DNA of 64,000 nucleotides from Terriglobia bacterium (GTDB lineage Bacteria; Acidobacteriota; Terriglobia; 20CM-2-55-15), in NCBI GenBank assembly GCA_963664115.2, contig CAXWPJ010000009.1, positions 960,001 through 1,024,000 of the forward strand. Reading direction: 5' to 3'. Of the stretch, positions 10,272 to 20,735 are shown in pieces (the first letter of the stretch is position 1; every line of letters begins with the position of its first letter). The position numbers and the translations under genes are program-made. A model generated the notes under the pieces. That model had not been told where the DNA came from, made no database searches, and saw only the letters and a program-made list of their open reading frames with translations.

Positions 10272-11210
10272 GTGCCAAACAAGATTCTAATCACAGTACT
10301 CGTTATTTGCCTTGGCATATTTTTCGCACGGACGGAGATCACCGCGCCGATGGCCTTGGGTACCGACCCGGTGGGGATGGCCTTTGATGGAGAAAACATT
10401 TGGGTGGCAAACTCTGGCACCGGCACCTTGGAAAAGCTAAGAGCCAGTGACGGTACCTTGGTGGACAGTTACCAGCTCGGAGGAGTCCCTCTTCGATTGG
10501 TCTATGACGACACCAACATTTGGGTCGCTCACGCATCAGGCTCGTTGACCAAGATCCAGGCCAGTGACGGATCAATTCTGGGAACGTATGCTGTGCGTTC
10601 TCCCCAGGGAATTGCTCACGAGGGCGAAAGCATCTGGTTGAGCAACGTTTCGGCGGACACAGTGACCCAATTACGCACTATTGATGGATCAATCGTCGGT
10701 GTTTACCGGGTCGGCGAGCAGCCGGAGGGCCTATTGTTTGACGGACAGTTCATCTGGGTGGCCAATTCGGGCAGCAATACTGTTTCTAAATTAAGTCCGA
10801 CTGACGGATCCATTGTCGGCACTTACGGCGTCGGAGACCGCCCGTCCCAACTTGTTTCTGACGGATTAAGTGTCTGGGTGACCAACTATGGCAGCAACGA
10901 TGTCACAAAATTGAATGCGAACAACGGTTCCACGATTGGGACATATTCTGTTGGTTCTTTCCCACTGGGAATTGCCTTCGACAGCTCAAACATCTGGGTG
11001 TCCAACTACGGCAGTAACGACGTCAGCAAGCTGAGCCTGGATGGCACACAAGTGGACACCTATCCGGTAGGAAACAGTCCGGCTGATCTTCTGTTCGACG
11101 GAACCAACATTTGGGTGACGAACGTTCGTAGCGACGATTTGATGAAGCTTAGCGTGAGCGATGGCTCGACGCTTGTTACGTACTCCTCTGTGCAACCCGT
11201 CGCCGAATAA
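10272..11210 (+). CDS. YncE-like beta-propeller repeat protein
   Basis: Seven ~40-aa repeats P-x-G-[IML]-A-F-D-G-x-N-I-W-V-x-N; N-terminal hydrophobic segment. Confidence 0.8.
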   Translation: MPNKILITVLVICLGIFFARTEITAPMALGTDPVGMAFDGENIWVANSGTGTLEKLRASDGTLVDSYQLGGVPLRLVYDDTNIWVAHASGSLTKIQASDGSILGTYAVRSPQGIAHEGESIWLSNVSADTVTQLRTIDGSIVGVYRVGEQPEGLLFDGQFIWVANSGSNTVSKLSPTDGSIVGTYGVGDRPSQLVSDGLSVWVTNYGSNDVTKLNANNGSTIGTYSVGSFPLGIAFDSSNIWVSNYGSNDVSKLSLDGTQVDTYPVGNSPADLLFDGTNIWVTNVRSDDLMKLSVSDGSTLVTYSSVQPVAE

Positions 11211-11296
11211 CGACTGAACCCAGGTACTAACTAAATGCTGGGGACTTAAACATTACCCCCAGTCCGCACCGCATCAGACAAGGTCTCGGCAGATAA

Positions 11297-12976
11297 GTGA
11301 TGATAGCGCCCTTCTCACGCATTGCGCACGGCTTGTCGGCATTAATCCTGCCCCTCCTGGTCCTTTCTTTCCACGGATGCGGGTCATCCGAGCAGCAGCC
11401 GTCTGGAGGCGTATTCCGATCGGCAGCTCCTGCCCCAGCCACGCTGAGGGACGGCATGGGGGAGGTCGCGTTCAGCATCACGACAAACTCCACTGAAGCT
11501 CAGGCATTTTTCAACCAGGGAGTCGCCCAGCTCTACGCGTTCTGGCACTCAGAGGCGGAGCGGTCGTTTCTCGAGGCCGCTCGACTCGATCCGGACGCGG
11601 CGATGGCTTATTGGGGTATTGCCATGGCTGCACCCGGCGACTTTGTTCCCATGTATCAACTCGCCTTCACTCCCAATCGGAGACCGCCTGTTGCTGTCCC
11701 ACCCAACTCTCCTGAAGCGCGGGCGCGTGATGCGATCGTCAGGGCCCAGGCCTTCGGCGACTCCGTCACTCCACGTGAGCGGATGTACATCAGCGCCGTG
11801 GCCGCACGCCACAATCCCTTTTTGTCAGATCCAGAAGCCGCCTACATTGCGGCAATGAGGGAAATCGTCGAAGCATTTCCTGAGGATCTCGAAGCCAAGG
11901 TGTTGCTGGCGCTAATCCTCGAGAATGGCTACGAAGGATCCACGAAGTTGCCGAGAGACGGGACAGCTGAGAGCGTCACGTTGTTACGCGAGGTCCTGGC
12001 GACGGATTCGGATCATGTGGGCGCCATGCACTTTTTTATTCACGCGCTTGAGGGAGGCGGCGATATCGGGGATGCTCTGCCGATTGCCAACCGGTATGCC
12101 GCGCTGGTGGCCAATATCCCCCACGCACTGCACATGCCCGGCCACGTCTATGGACTGACGGGAAGGTTCGATGAAGCCGTGGGAGCCTTCCTGACGGCCG
12201 CGGCTAAGGAACGCGAATACATGTCGGCGGATCCGTTCTACCCGAAACAGCCATACCTGCATAACGAAATGCTATTCATTCATGTGCTTGGGCTGCAGGG
12301 CAACTACCGGGAAGCGATGTCCCGCATTTCCGATCTGATGTCGGTAGAGGAGAGTTCCATCGAGCCCGATATGGCCACCCTGTATTACCGCGTCGGCTGG
12401 TTTGCTCTGATGAAGACGCTGGTACGATTTGAGAAGTGGGAGGAAATTCTGGACGGGGAAACACTTCCCGTGGTCGACGAGCCGTTTGAATCCGTTTGGT
12501 TCCCTTGGGCTCAGGGTCTTGCGCATGCGTCTACCTCTGATGCCACTGGCGCCGAGGATTCGCTCATGCGGATGGAACAGGCGATCCAATCGTTAAGCCG
12601 CTTCGTAAGTCCGACTCCGCTCCCGTTCCAGATCGCCCGTTCCGAACTTCAGGATTACATTGATGCGAAGACCGGAAACCTGGAAAGAGGGCTCGATGGA
12701 CTTAACCGTGGGGCCACGCTCGAGGCCGAGCTGCCTTACACCGAGCCTACGGTATATCCACGCCCTGTGCTCGAGTTGCTGGGTAGAACTGCGCTGGACG
12801 CGCGTGATTTCCAAACCGCCGAATCTGCTTATCGTCGCGCTCTCGAGAATGAACCCGGCAGTGGCCGCGCTCTGTGGGGTCTGGCCAGGGCACTCGAAGG
12901 TTTGGGGGAAAATGATGCAGCGGAAGAAATGCTGAATGAATTTCGACAGGTATGGCGGGGGGAAGATCCGAGATGA
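11297..12976 (+). CDS. TPR-repeat lipoprotein
   Basis: Lipobox-like FHGC; EAQAFFNQG..AERSF..AMAYWG; HALHMPGHVY; C-terminal TPR helices. Confidence 0.8.
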   Translation: MMIAPFSRIAHGLSALILPLLVLSFHGCGSSEQQPSGGVFRSAAPAPATLRDGMGEVAFSITTNSTEAQAFFNQGVAQLYAFWHSEAERSFLEAARLDPDAAMAYWGIAMAAPGDFVPMYQLAFTPNRRPPVAVPPNSPEARARDAIVRAQAFGDSVTPRERMYISAVAARHNPFLSDPEAAYIAAMREIVEAFPEDLEAKVLLALILENGYEGSTKLPRDGTAESVTLLREVLATDSDHVGAMHFFIHALEGGGDIGDALPIANRYAALVANIPHALHMPGHVYGLTGRFDEAVGAFLTAAAKEREYMSADPFYPKQPYLHNEMLFIHVLGLQGNYREAMSRISDLMSVEESSIEPDMATLYYRVGWFALMKTLVRFEKWEEILDGETLPVVDEPFESVWFPWAQGLAHASTSDATGAEDSLMRMEQAIQSLSRFVSPTPLPFQIARSELQDYIDAKTGNLERGLDGLNRGATLEAELPYTEPTVYPRPVLELLGRTALDARDFQTAESAYRRALENEPGSGRALWGLARALEGLGENDAAEEMLNEFRQVWRGEDPR

Positions 12977-13288
12977 CAACCAATGCGCGGGTTCCACCAG
13001 CATGCTTCCGTTGACATCACATACTCTCAAAGGTGCGCGGGCGAATCTCCGTAGCCCCCGCTTCGATGGAAACCACTTACACTGATCGATCCTTCGCGAA
13101 CATTCTTGATGAGCCGGCTGACAGATTTCGGTAGAATCGTTCGGATTCCGTAACACGAACGGAAGCTATGATTGACGCTCGGTCCCTGTTTTCAGGTGCG
13201 CGGGTGGACTGGAAGCGGTCACCACGACTTTGAACACCGGTGCTATACTACGCCCTGTTTTTTTAACCGTGATCTGGAGGATCGATTG

Positions 13289-14464
13289 ATGAAGCGTGAG
13301 TTTGGAGTGTGTGCTGCTGGACTATTGTTGGCGATCACCTTCGGTTGCAGCCCGGGAGAGCCCGACTCGACGTCAGTCCTCCCACCCGCGCCGGAGGCCC
13401 CCGCCGCGTCTCCAACCGACGGGTCCGAAGTTGGTGCGGTCATTGACGGCGGGGCAATCGCTGGAACGATAAGCGTTTCGGGTTCGATTCCGACCCTACC
13501 CCCACGACTGACAGGGCGGGATCCGGAAGTATGCGGTACGGAGGATCGGCCATCGGAAAGCCTGCTCGTAAACAGCGCCGGCGGCCTGAGAAATGCTGTG
13601 GTGATTGTAGAAGGCGTGTCTGGCGGCAAGCCCATGCCCGCCGACGTTCAGAGCGCACAACTGGAGCAGAGCAACTGTGATTATTCGCCGCATCTAGCGA
13701 TCATGGCAGCGAACACCGAAATTGCCATCGTGAACAACGACCCGATTTTGCATAACGTTCAGTTCTTCCAGGACAACGACACCCTGTTCAACATTGCGCA
13801 ACCTGTTCAAGGTCAGGTCAATACGACCCTAGTGGAGAACGCCGGCATCATCGATGTGGAGTGTGCCGTCCATGCGTGGATGCGCTCAAGCGTCGTGGTC
13901 GTGGACAATCCGTATTACGCGGTGACGGATGAGAACGGCGCGTTCTCGATTACGGACCTGCCTGCGGGAACCTACCAAGTTAAGATTTGGCATGAATATC
14001 TGGGAGAAGAAATCCGTGAGATCACGGTCACCGGTGGAGTTGAGACGACGCTCGATATGGACCTCGAACCTCTGCTCGCAGAGCTGACTGCGCCTCCAGC
14101 GGACATCACTTCAGTCGGTGCGGACGAGAGTGGAACAGCAGCCGATGAAGTGATCGTGGAGATGATCGTCGAAACCGCGGGAACCACGTTCAGATTTGAC
14201 CCGGCCGAGCTCACGATCCCTGTCGGTACCACGGTCAGGTGGGTCAATCGTTCCGAACCCCGGCACACGTCGACGGCCGATCCCGAGTGGGAGACGCCCC
14301 AATCGCCAGTCATCCTGCCTCCAGGCGCCATGACATGGAGGACGCCATTTCTTAGGATGAATGATTCGGGGACTCACACCTTTACAGTGCCCGGGGAGTA
14401 CCAATACTTTTGCGAGACTCACGGCCCCTATGGAATGATCGCGACCATTACGGTCGTACCGTAG
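13289..14464 (+). CDS. Lipoprotein with two cupredoxin-like domains and a carboxypeptidase-regulatory-like domain
   Basis: GGAGG RBS; lipobox TFGC; ILHNV..CAVHAWM; C-terminal RHTS..YQYFCETHGPYGM type-1 copper ligand sets. Confidence 0.8.
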   Translation: MKREFGVCAAGLLLAITFGCSPGEPDSTSVLPPAPEAPAASPTDGSEVGAVIDGGAIAGTISVSGSIPTLPPRLTGRDPEVCGTEDRPSESLLVNSAGGLRNAVVIVEGVSGGKPMPADVQSAQLEQSNCDYSPHLAIMAANTEIAIVNNDPILHNVQFFQDNDTLFNIAQPVQGQVNTTLVENAGIIDVECAVHAWMRSSVVVVDNPYYAVTDENGAFSITDLPAGTYQVKIWHEYLGEEIREITVTGGVETTLDMDLEPLLAELTAPPADITSVGADESGTAADEVIVEMIVETAGTTFRFDPAELTIPVGTTVRWVNRSEPRHTSTADPEWETPQSPVILPPGAMTWRTPFLRMNDSGTHTFTVPGEYQYFCETHGPYGMIATITVVP

Positions 14465-14863
14465 TTTGTTCATCTGTCTGTAGGGTAGGGAAGTTGGCAG
14501 TGTCCTAATTACCAGAGCATTCTTTCACAGAACTGCGGTCGTGGTCGCTGTGGCGCAAACCGCTGAAGTTCTTTGTCCGGCCGAACCCTTCCCTCGGGAC
14601 GGCTTGGCGGTTTCTTCCGAATCAAACCGAAGGGATAGGATCGTCTCACGACTCGCCGCGACACCCCATAGATTTCCCCACCATTTCGTCCTTTATCAAC
14701 AGTGCGTCTGTGGTGATGTAATTCCCAAGTTGTAATTGCAAAGTGGTCTGGAGGAAGCTGCCAGACCTTTCCAGTTCGCGTATTTTCTTTGGTTCTGACG
14801 GACCCGAGGAAACGTTAGTCCTACCAGCATCTTAGGGTGGGGGACACAGTCGCTCGGAATAGC

Positions 14864-14892
14864 TTGACAGAAGTTCCGTAGCAGCGTAAAAA
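14864..14892 (+). promoter_or_regulatory. Putative sigma70 promoter followed by an AT-rich leader
   Basis: TTGACA-N17-TAAAAA, then an AT-rich tract to about 14960, upstream of the 15007 operon. Confidence 0.35.
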
Positions 14893-15006
14893 CAAAGGAT
14901 TAAAATAAATTGTCATTAATAGATGTAAATAGCCATAAATAGCTAATTTGTATCAGTTTGTACTGAGGCTTTGTCGGCCAGATCACCCGAAGTCGAGGAG
15001 GAACTA

Positions 15007-16872
15007 ATGAAATCCGCAAAGTTGGTGCTTGTGCTAATGAGCACGATGGTTCTATGTCTGTCGCTCGTCGTCGTTGCACAGCAAGACCAACCGGCGCCAC
15101 GTCCGCAATCGGATCCCGATATGGGTGCGGTGCATCAGGATCTTTTGAATCCTGAGGATAGGGCCGAGGACGCCAACCGGCTAACGGAAGCTGTGGCTGC
15201 AGCACTGCCTGACGTCACGCCTTCGGGGCCAATAGCTCGAAAGAACTTCGTCGACGAATTCATCTTTGGCCGGATGGAGCGGGAAAATATTCCACATGCG
15301 CCGCTCTCGAGTGATGAAGAGTTTTTGAGACGGGCGTACCTGGATGCAACCGGTCTTTTGCCGGAGGCCGACAAGGTCCGTTCGTTCAAGAGCGACACGG
15401 ATCCCGATAAGCGGGACCAGCTTATCGACGAGTTGATTGGCTCGGAGCCATTCCTGGACCAGTGGGCGTATCACTGGGGAGAGCTGATGAGGGCGGGAGG
15501 CGATTTTCACCTTTGGACAAAAGAGTGGCTCAGGGTAGACCGCCCCTACGACGAAGTTTTCTATGACATCGTTACGCCAACCGCCAGGAACGCGGGCACG
15601 TTTCCGACGAGCGCCGCCTTCTACAACCCCATCAGCTACCTTTCGACCCGCTGTGGATTCTGGATGGATTCCGACGATTACAAAGGCTTCAACCGTCTGG
15701 ACTTTATTGATGAGGTCACGACCGATATCGGGAGGGTCTTTATGGGCCTTCAGGTGGAGTGCATTTCCTGTCATAACGGCGCGGGTCACGCCGACAGCTT
15801 CAACCTTTGGTTGGGCAGCAAGAGGAGAACGGACTTTTGGAGGCAATCGGCTTTCTTTGGGGATATGCGGGTCGTAGGGTACACCCGGGGCGCCGCCAAT
15901 ACCTGGGGCAGGGCCGCCATCTGGGACGACACGGCCGTCGGCTATAACACGGCCATTGACGGATACTACACGCCGGCGGAGAATCGATTTCCGCGCGATG
16001 GCAACACCTACGAACCCGCTTTTCTGCTGACAGGAGAGAAACCGAAACCGGGCGAGACTTCGCGCGAGGCTCTAGGCCGAATCCTGCCGACTCACATCCA
16101 GTTTTCGCGAGCGGCCGTCAACCTGATTTGGCAAAAGTTGATGGTGATCGGTTTGGTCGAGCCCTACTCCGGTTTTGACCTGATGCGCGTGGATCCCAAC
16201 ATTCCGCCGCCTGAGGGGTGGGACTATCAGCCGTCCAATCCCGAACTCTTGCAGGCGCTGGCTGAAGACTTCCGCGACAACAACTTCAGCATCCATCGTG
16301 TAATCAGAACGATCATGAAATCCAACGCCTATCAACTTTCCACCAGCTTTCCGGGTGAATGGACGGAGGCCTATGTCCCGTACCATGCGCGACGGTTCGC
16401 CCGTACGTTCACGCCGGTGGAAGCAATCGATGTCGTTGCCCAGGCGACCGCATCGGGGCTCGGGCTCCGGCAATTCGGCGAGTCCCTGTCCTACATGAAA
16501 GAGATGAACAGTCCTACTAGAGGCGGGGGTGATATCGCGCCTTTCCTGGCCGCGTATTACCAGAGCGACCGGAGGCTGGCACCGCAAAATGTCAATGTGT
16601 CCAGTGCTGTGCAAGCGATGATGATGATGAGTTCGCCGATTGTAAACGACAGGGTGGTGGCCGAAGGCACGACACGGGTGGCGACCCTGATTGAGGCGGG
16701 CAGTTCGGACGATGAAATCATCGAAGAGCTGTTCCTGGCCAGTCTGTCGCGCTGGCCGACCCCCGAGGAGGTGACGGTGGCCAAGCGTCTGCTCGCAGAA
16801 GACACGCGGACGGGTGCCGAAGACATTCAGTGGGCGCTGTTGAATTCCGTGGAATTTGTGGTGAATCATTAA
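15007..16872 (+). CDS. DUF1549/DUF1553 (PSCyt2/PSD1-like) protein with one CxxCH
   Basis: NFVDEFI..SSDEEFLRRAYLDATGLLP; ECISCHN; PSNPELLQALA..IMKSNAYQ; EDIQWALLNSVEF. Confidence 0.85.
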   Translation: MKSAKLVLVLMSTMVLCLSLVVVAQQDQPAPRPQSDPDMGAVHQDLLNPEDRAEDANRLTEAVAAALPDVTPSGPIARKNFVDEFIFGRMERENIPHAPLSSDEEFLRRAYLDATGLLPEADKVRSFKSDTDPDKRDQLIDELIGSEPFLDQWAYHWGELMRAGGDFHLWTKEWLRVDRPYDEVFYDIVTPTARNAGTFPTSAAFYNPISYLSTRCGFWMDSDDYKGFNRLDFIDEVTTDIGRVFMGLQVECISCHNGAGHADSFNLWLGSKRRTDFWRQSAFFGDMRVVGYTRGAANTWGRAAIWDDTAVGYNTAIDGYYTPAENRFPRDGNTYEPAFLLTGEKPKPGETSREALGRILPTHIQFSRAAVNLIWQKLMVIGLVEPYSGFDLMRVDPNIPPPEGWDYQPSNPELLQALAEDFRDNNFSIHRVIRTIMKSNAYQLSTSFPGEWTEAYVPYHARRFARTFTPVEAIDVVAQATASGLGLRQFGESLSYMKEMNSPTRGGGDIAPFLAAYYQSDRRLAPQNVNVSSAVQAMMMMSSPIVNDRVVAEGTTRVATLIEAGSSDDEIIEELFLASLSRWPTPEEVTVAKRLLAEDTRTGAEDIQWALLNSVEFVVNH

Positions 16873-16979
16873 TTCCGGTGAATCAATGATATTGACGGGA
16901 GCCGGGCGGTGGGAACAACGCCGCCCCCCGGTCCTGGATCTCGGATAGTTCGGTTTCATAGAAAGTTTTGGAGGGGAAG

Positions 16980-18449
16980 ATGCTAAAGCCACTCGGGAAT
17001 ATGACCCGCCGCGAATTGCTGAAAGTAATTGGCCTTGGTGTGGGGGCCACGGCCACTTTCGGAGCTCAGGCTGCTTGGCCGCGTAAGGTTCGAGCACAGA
17101 GCAGGACGGTGACGCCTCGAGCGAATGTGCGCAACGTCATTGTGATTCAGAACGTGGGAGCGATGAGTCCGGCTGAGACCCTGGACTTCAAGGAGTCGAA
17201 GTGGACGCCGAAGGATTTCGACATTCAGAGAGTCAATTCCGAATTCAATATCTCCAAAACTCTTTTTCCGAATTACGAAAAGTGGGCGCCCCGAGCGTCT
17301 CTGGTGCGCTCGATGTACGAGAACGGACTGGTCCACTTTCCGGCGCAGTACCATACGCAGTGTGGACGTGCGTTGAACCCGGCTATTGTGAGGGAAGTTC
17401 CGGCCATGGGCAGCATCGTCGCTTACGAGCTCGAATCCGAGCGTCGAGAGTCCGACACCTTTCCGACATATATCAGCATGGATTTGTGGAACGCGAATTG
17501 TAGTCAGATCGGGCAGGGGATGTTGCCCGCCCAATTTGCAGGATTGGACCTCAACACCAGCACCGTGTTTCAGACCTTCGGGGGTGAAGCAGGCGAAGAA
17601 GATGGGATCGATCCGGTGTTGGCCCGAAGGTGGGAGGCCCTACAGAGAATGTCGGAGGTTTCACCCATAGGACAGAATCCAATCGGAGGGAAAGCCTCCG
17701 AGTACCAGTCGCACTATCAGTACGCCTACAGACTTCTCCAGGACGCTCGGTTTAAGGGAGCGCTCCAGTTGACGGAAGAGGAAAAGGTGCGTTACATGGG
17801 GGATCCCGCCCCTCCAGGTACATGTAAGATCGGTCTTCAGGCATTGCTGGCGCGGAATATACTGGCCGCCGATGCCGGTGCACGATTTCTATGGTTATGC
17901 AACTGCTACTATGGCGGCAATGGTTGTTTCGATAACCACGAGTGGATGTACAGCCGGGACCGCTTAGCGCTGACGAACGGAAGAATATCCATTTACGACA
18001 GCGCCCCGATGCTGGATCGAGCCTTGGGTAATCTCGTCGAGGATCTTTCGACCATGCCCGGCCATGACCCTGAGAAGACACTCCTGGATGAAACGATGAT
18101 TGTCGTGGCCCATGAATTCGGGCGCGATCCTGTCATGAACTCCAACGAGGGCCGGGATCATTGGGGACTGTGTTTCACGGATATGTGGCTCGGCGGAGCC
18201 GTCCAGCCGGGACGGGTGATCGGACGTACGGACGATAGGGGCTGGAAGGTTGTCGACAACGGTTGGAAATATAACGAACAACCGATGCATGATCACGACA
18301 CGTCCACGATTTACTCGTGTTTGGGCATCGATTACTCCAAGGTAATCGAAGATACGCCCTCGGGCCGAGTTTTTGAATACCAGCAGACGGCTCCCCTTGG
18401 AGGCCCGGAATTTATTCCGCTGACCGACATCGAGGAGTTGTTCGTGTAG
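16980..18449 (+). CDS. DUF1501 family protein with Tat signal
   Basis: MTRRELLK twin-arginine; FDNH; HEFGRDP..GRDHW..GGAVQPGRVIGRTD. Confidence 0.85.
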   Translation: MLKPLGNMTRRELLKVIGLGVGATATFGAQAAWPRKVRAQSRTVTPRANVRNVIVIQNVGAMSPAETLDFKESKWTPKDFDIQRVNSEFNISKTLFPNYEKWAPRASLVRSMYENGLVHFPAQYHTQCGRALNPAIVREVPAMGSIVAYELESERRESDTFPTYISMDLWNANCSQIGQGMLPAQFAGLDLNTSTVFQTFGGEAGEEDGIDPVLARRWEALQRMSEVSPIGQNPIGGKASEYQSHYQYAYRLLQDARFKGALQLTEEEKVRYMGDPAPPGTCKIGLQALLARNILAADAGARFLWLCNCYYGGNGCFDNHEWMYSRDRLALTNGRISIYDSAPMLDRALGNLVEDLSTMPGHDPEKTLLDETMIVVAHEFGRDPVMNSNEGRDHWGLCFTDMWLGGAVQPGRVIGRTDDRGWKVVDNGWKYNEQPMHDHDTSTIYSCLGIDYSKVIEDTPSGRVFEYQQTAPLGGPEFIPLTDIEELFV

Positions 18450-18452
18450 GCT

Positions 18453-19325
18453 ATGGGGCGCAAAGTAATATTGACTCTGCTCTGCTGCGTCTGCGCCGCA
18501 TTACCAAGCGCGCCGGCAGCAGCGCAGGCAGCTACCACGCAAACAACGGCTCCCGAAGACATGGCCTTGATCCCTGCAGGTAAGTTCTGGATGGGCCGCA
18601 CCTTCTTCATGATTCTGGAAACGATGGGTGTCCTGGCCCGGGACAGAATGGACACCATTCCCGCCAACCACATTTACTTGGATGCCTTCTATATCGACAG
18701 GTACGAAGTGATTCAAGCGGACTATGCACGATTCCTTGCCGACACGGGCCTTCGGCCGCCGTGGAACTGGCCTCAAGGCGAGATCCCGGAAGGGGAAGGA
18801 CAGGTTCCGGTTTATAACGTCAACTGGTTTGAAGCAAGCGACTACTGCAGGTGGGTCGGCAAACGTCTCCCCACGGAAGCGGAATGGGAGAAAGCCGCGC
18901 GAGGCGGACTCGATCGGGTCCGTTACTCCTGGGGGGACGACGACATCGATGAAAGCGAGTTCAGGCGGAACCCTCCACAAAATTCTGGAACCAAATACGA
19001 CGTCGACCTTCCTGCGGTCCTGGGCGGCGTGCCCCGTCCTCAGCCCGGCGGAACATTTCCGCCCAATGGCTACGGTCTCTACGACATGATTGGAAACGTC
19101 GCGGAGTGGACAAATGATTGGTACTACGACAATTATTATCCCTTCATGCCGAAAGTGAATCCACGGGGACCGGAGACCGGTTTGTACAAGAGTCTTCGAG
19201 GTTCCAGTTTTGCGGGGGGCGGCGCGTTCGGAAATATGTCCGTTTCGAACCATATGCGCGACTTCAGCGATCCTGAACTCCGTACCTCCGGGATAGGTTT
19301 TCGCTGCGCGAGAGACGCGGGCTAG
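18453..19325 (+). CDS. Formylglycine-generating enzyme (SUMF1/EgtB/PvdO) domain protein
   Basis: IPAGKFWMG; RLPTEAEWEKAARGG; NGYGLYDMIGNVAEW; IGFRCA. Confidence 0.88.
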   Translation: MGRKVILTLLCCVCAALPSAPAAAQAATTQTTAPEDMALIPAGKFWMGRTFFMILETMGVLARDRMDTIPANHIYLDAFYIDRYEVIQADYARFLADTGLRPPWNWPQGEIPEGEGQVPVYNVNWFEASDYCRWVGKRLPTEAEWEKAARGGLDRVRYSWGDDDIDESEFRRNPPQNSGTKYDVDLPAVLGGVPRPQPGGTFPPNGYGLYDMIGNVAEWTNDWYYDNYYPFMPKVNPRGPETGLYKSLRGSSFAGGGAFGNMSVSNHMRDFSDPELRTSGIGFRCARDAG

Positions 19326-19459
19326 GAAGCTTCGAATACAGAATCACCCCTGGTGACTGACATAAGTTCCAGCCGGTTCTTCGGCGAACGAGTCGAAGAC
19401 ACGACTGCCCACGTTGTGACCAGGAACAATAGGAAAATGGAAGATAAGGATTGGGTTCT

Positions 19460-20032
19460 ATGCGTAAACTGGTATTCATTTTAACTTTCATTGGATTCTT
19501 GGGCCCGTGCGAGCTGCGAGCTCAGAGACCCGAGGTCGAGATAGGCGAAGCCGAACTTTTGGCCACGGAATGGCTGGATAGGCTGAACGCTCTCGACGAT
19601 TGGCATTTGACACCGGAAGGAGAGGAAGTCGGGCTCGAAGAAGTAATCGACGATATGATGGAGCTCTACACTCCCGATGTGATGTCCGAGTTGACGCCTT
19701 ACGACGAAGAACAGATTGGAGCGGTGGTGCTCCGCGGGAGTGGTCAACTTCGGAAATGGGTTGAGACGATTGCGAGAACTCAGGTCAGGATTCAATATAT
19801 CCAGGTCCGTCAGACCGCAGAAGAATACCAGGGAATAGAACTGGTCTATTCCGTGGAATTGCCCTGGGGCGGACTGGGCATTGCCGTCCCGATCATTGCA
19901 GCCTATTCTCAGCGTGAGGATCGTGAGCGGTTTGGGGCGCCGGGAATGTTGGTTCTACAGACGAACGAGGAGGGGAAAATCCACCGGTTCCGTCTCTATC
20001 TGGAAGAGAGGTTCCAGGTTTCAGCGATATAG
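19460..20032 (+). CDS. Secreted hypothetical protein, possibly NTF2/SnoaL-like
   Basis: Signal peptide; MELYTPDV..EEGKIHRFRLY pattern. Confidence 0.6.
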   Translation: MRKLVFILTFIGFLGPCELRAQRPEVEIGEAELLATEWLDRLNALDDWHLTPEGEEVGLEEVIDDMMELYTPDVMSELTPYDEEQIGAVVLRGSGQLRKWVETIARTQVRIQYIQVRQTAEEYQGIELVYSVELPWGGLGIAVPIIAAYSQREDRERFGAPGMLVLQTNEEGKIHRFRLYLEERFQVSAI

Positions 20033-20139
20033 ACTTGAGACTTTACGCGTGGCGAGAACGTGTTGCGATGGTGATTTTGCAATCGAGTTATTAGCGAGTC
20101 AGGGCAAGATTGGATGGCAGAGAAGGAGTGAGGGACGAC

Positions 20140-20661
20140 ATGAATCGACACTTTGTTCTAAGCATGATAGTAGTCGCGGGAATATTCGCCAGCATAACGA
20201 CGTTTGCACAAAACCGGCCCTATGATCAGGTCATGAAGGACATCGGAGCGACGTCGGAAAGCTTGGGGATTAATCTGGATGGGACCGGCGCCGAGAGCTA
20301 CCAGCCGGTTCGTCTGGACGAGCGGGGCGGCATACTGAGAAATCAAGGAGGAAGGCGCCGGCCCACTGGACCTCGAACTGATGAGGAAATTCAGGCCAGC
20401 GCAGCTGCAGCCGTTGAAGATGCAACCAAACTCGACGGGCTATTCAGGGAAATCGAAGAGTTTTGGACTTCTTTAAATACCCAAGATGCGGTCACGTTGT
20501 CGAAAACCTCGCATGAAAGCGCCGCGGCCATCGTCGAGAAACTCAACGACAACGATTTCGACGGGGCCCAGATCGCCTTCAGAGATGTTCAGCAAGCGTG
20601 CATCCATTGCCACTTCACACACCGCCAACGAACCATTGACGGCTTCTTCATTAGACCGTAA
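20140..20661 (+). CDS. Cytochrome c'-like (class II) helical cytochrome
   Basis: Signal peptide; helical body; C-terminal CIHCH. Confidence 0.75.
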   Translation: MNRHFVLSMIVVAGIFASITTFAQNRPYDQVMKDIGATSESLGINLDGTGAESYQPVRLDERGGILRNQGGRRRPTGPRTDEEIQASAAAAVEDATKLDGLFREIEEFWTSLNTQDAVTLSKTSHESAAAIVEKLNDNDFDGAQIAFRDVQQACIHCHFTHRQRTIDGFFIRP

Positions 20662-20718
20662 GCAGCGTGTTGCGCAAAGTTCACTGTGAAATCGTTTCAT
20701 CCTTTTGGTCGAGTTTAA

Positions 20719-20733
20719 GGGGGGGGGGGGGGG
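20719..20733 (+). repeat. G15 homopolymer at the RBS position
   Basis: ttaa(G)15agATG directly before the 20736 start codon. Confidence 0.9.
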
Positions 20734-20735
20734 AG

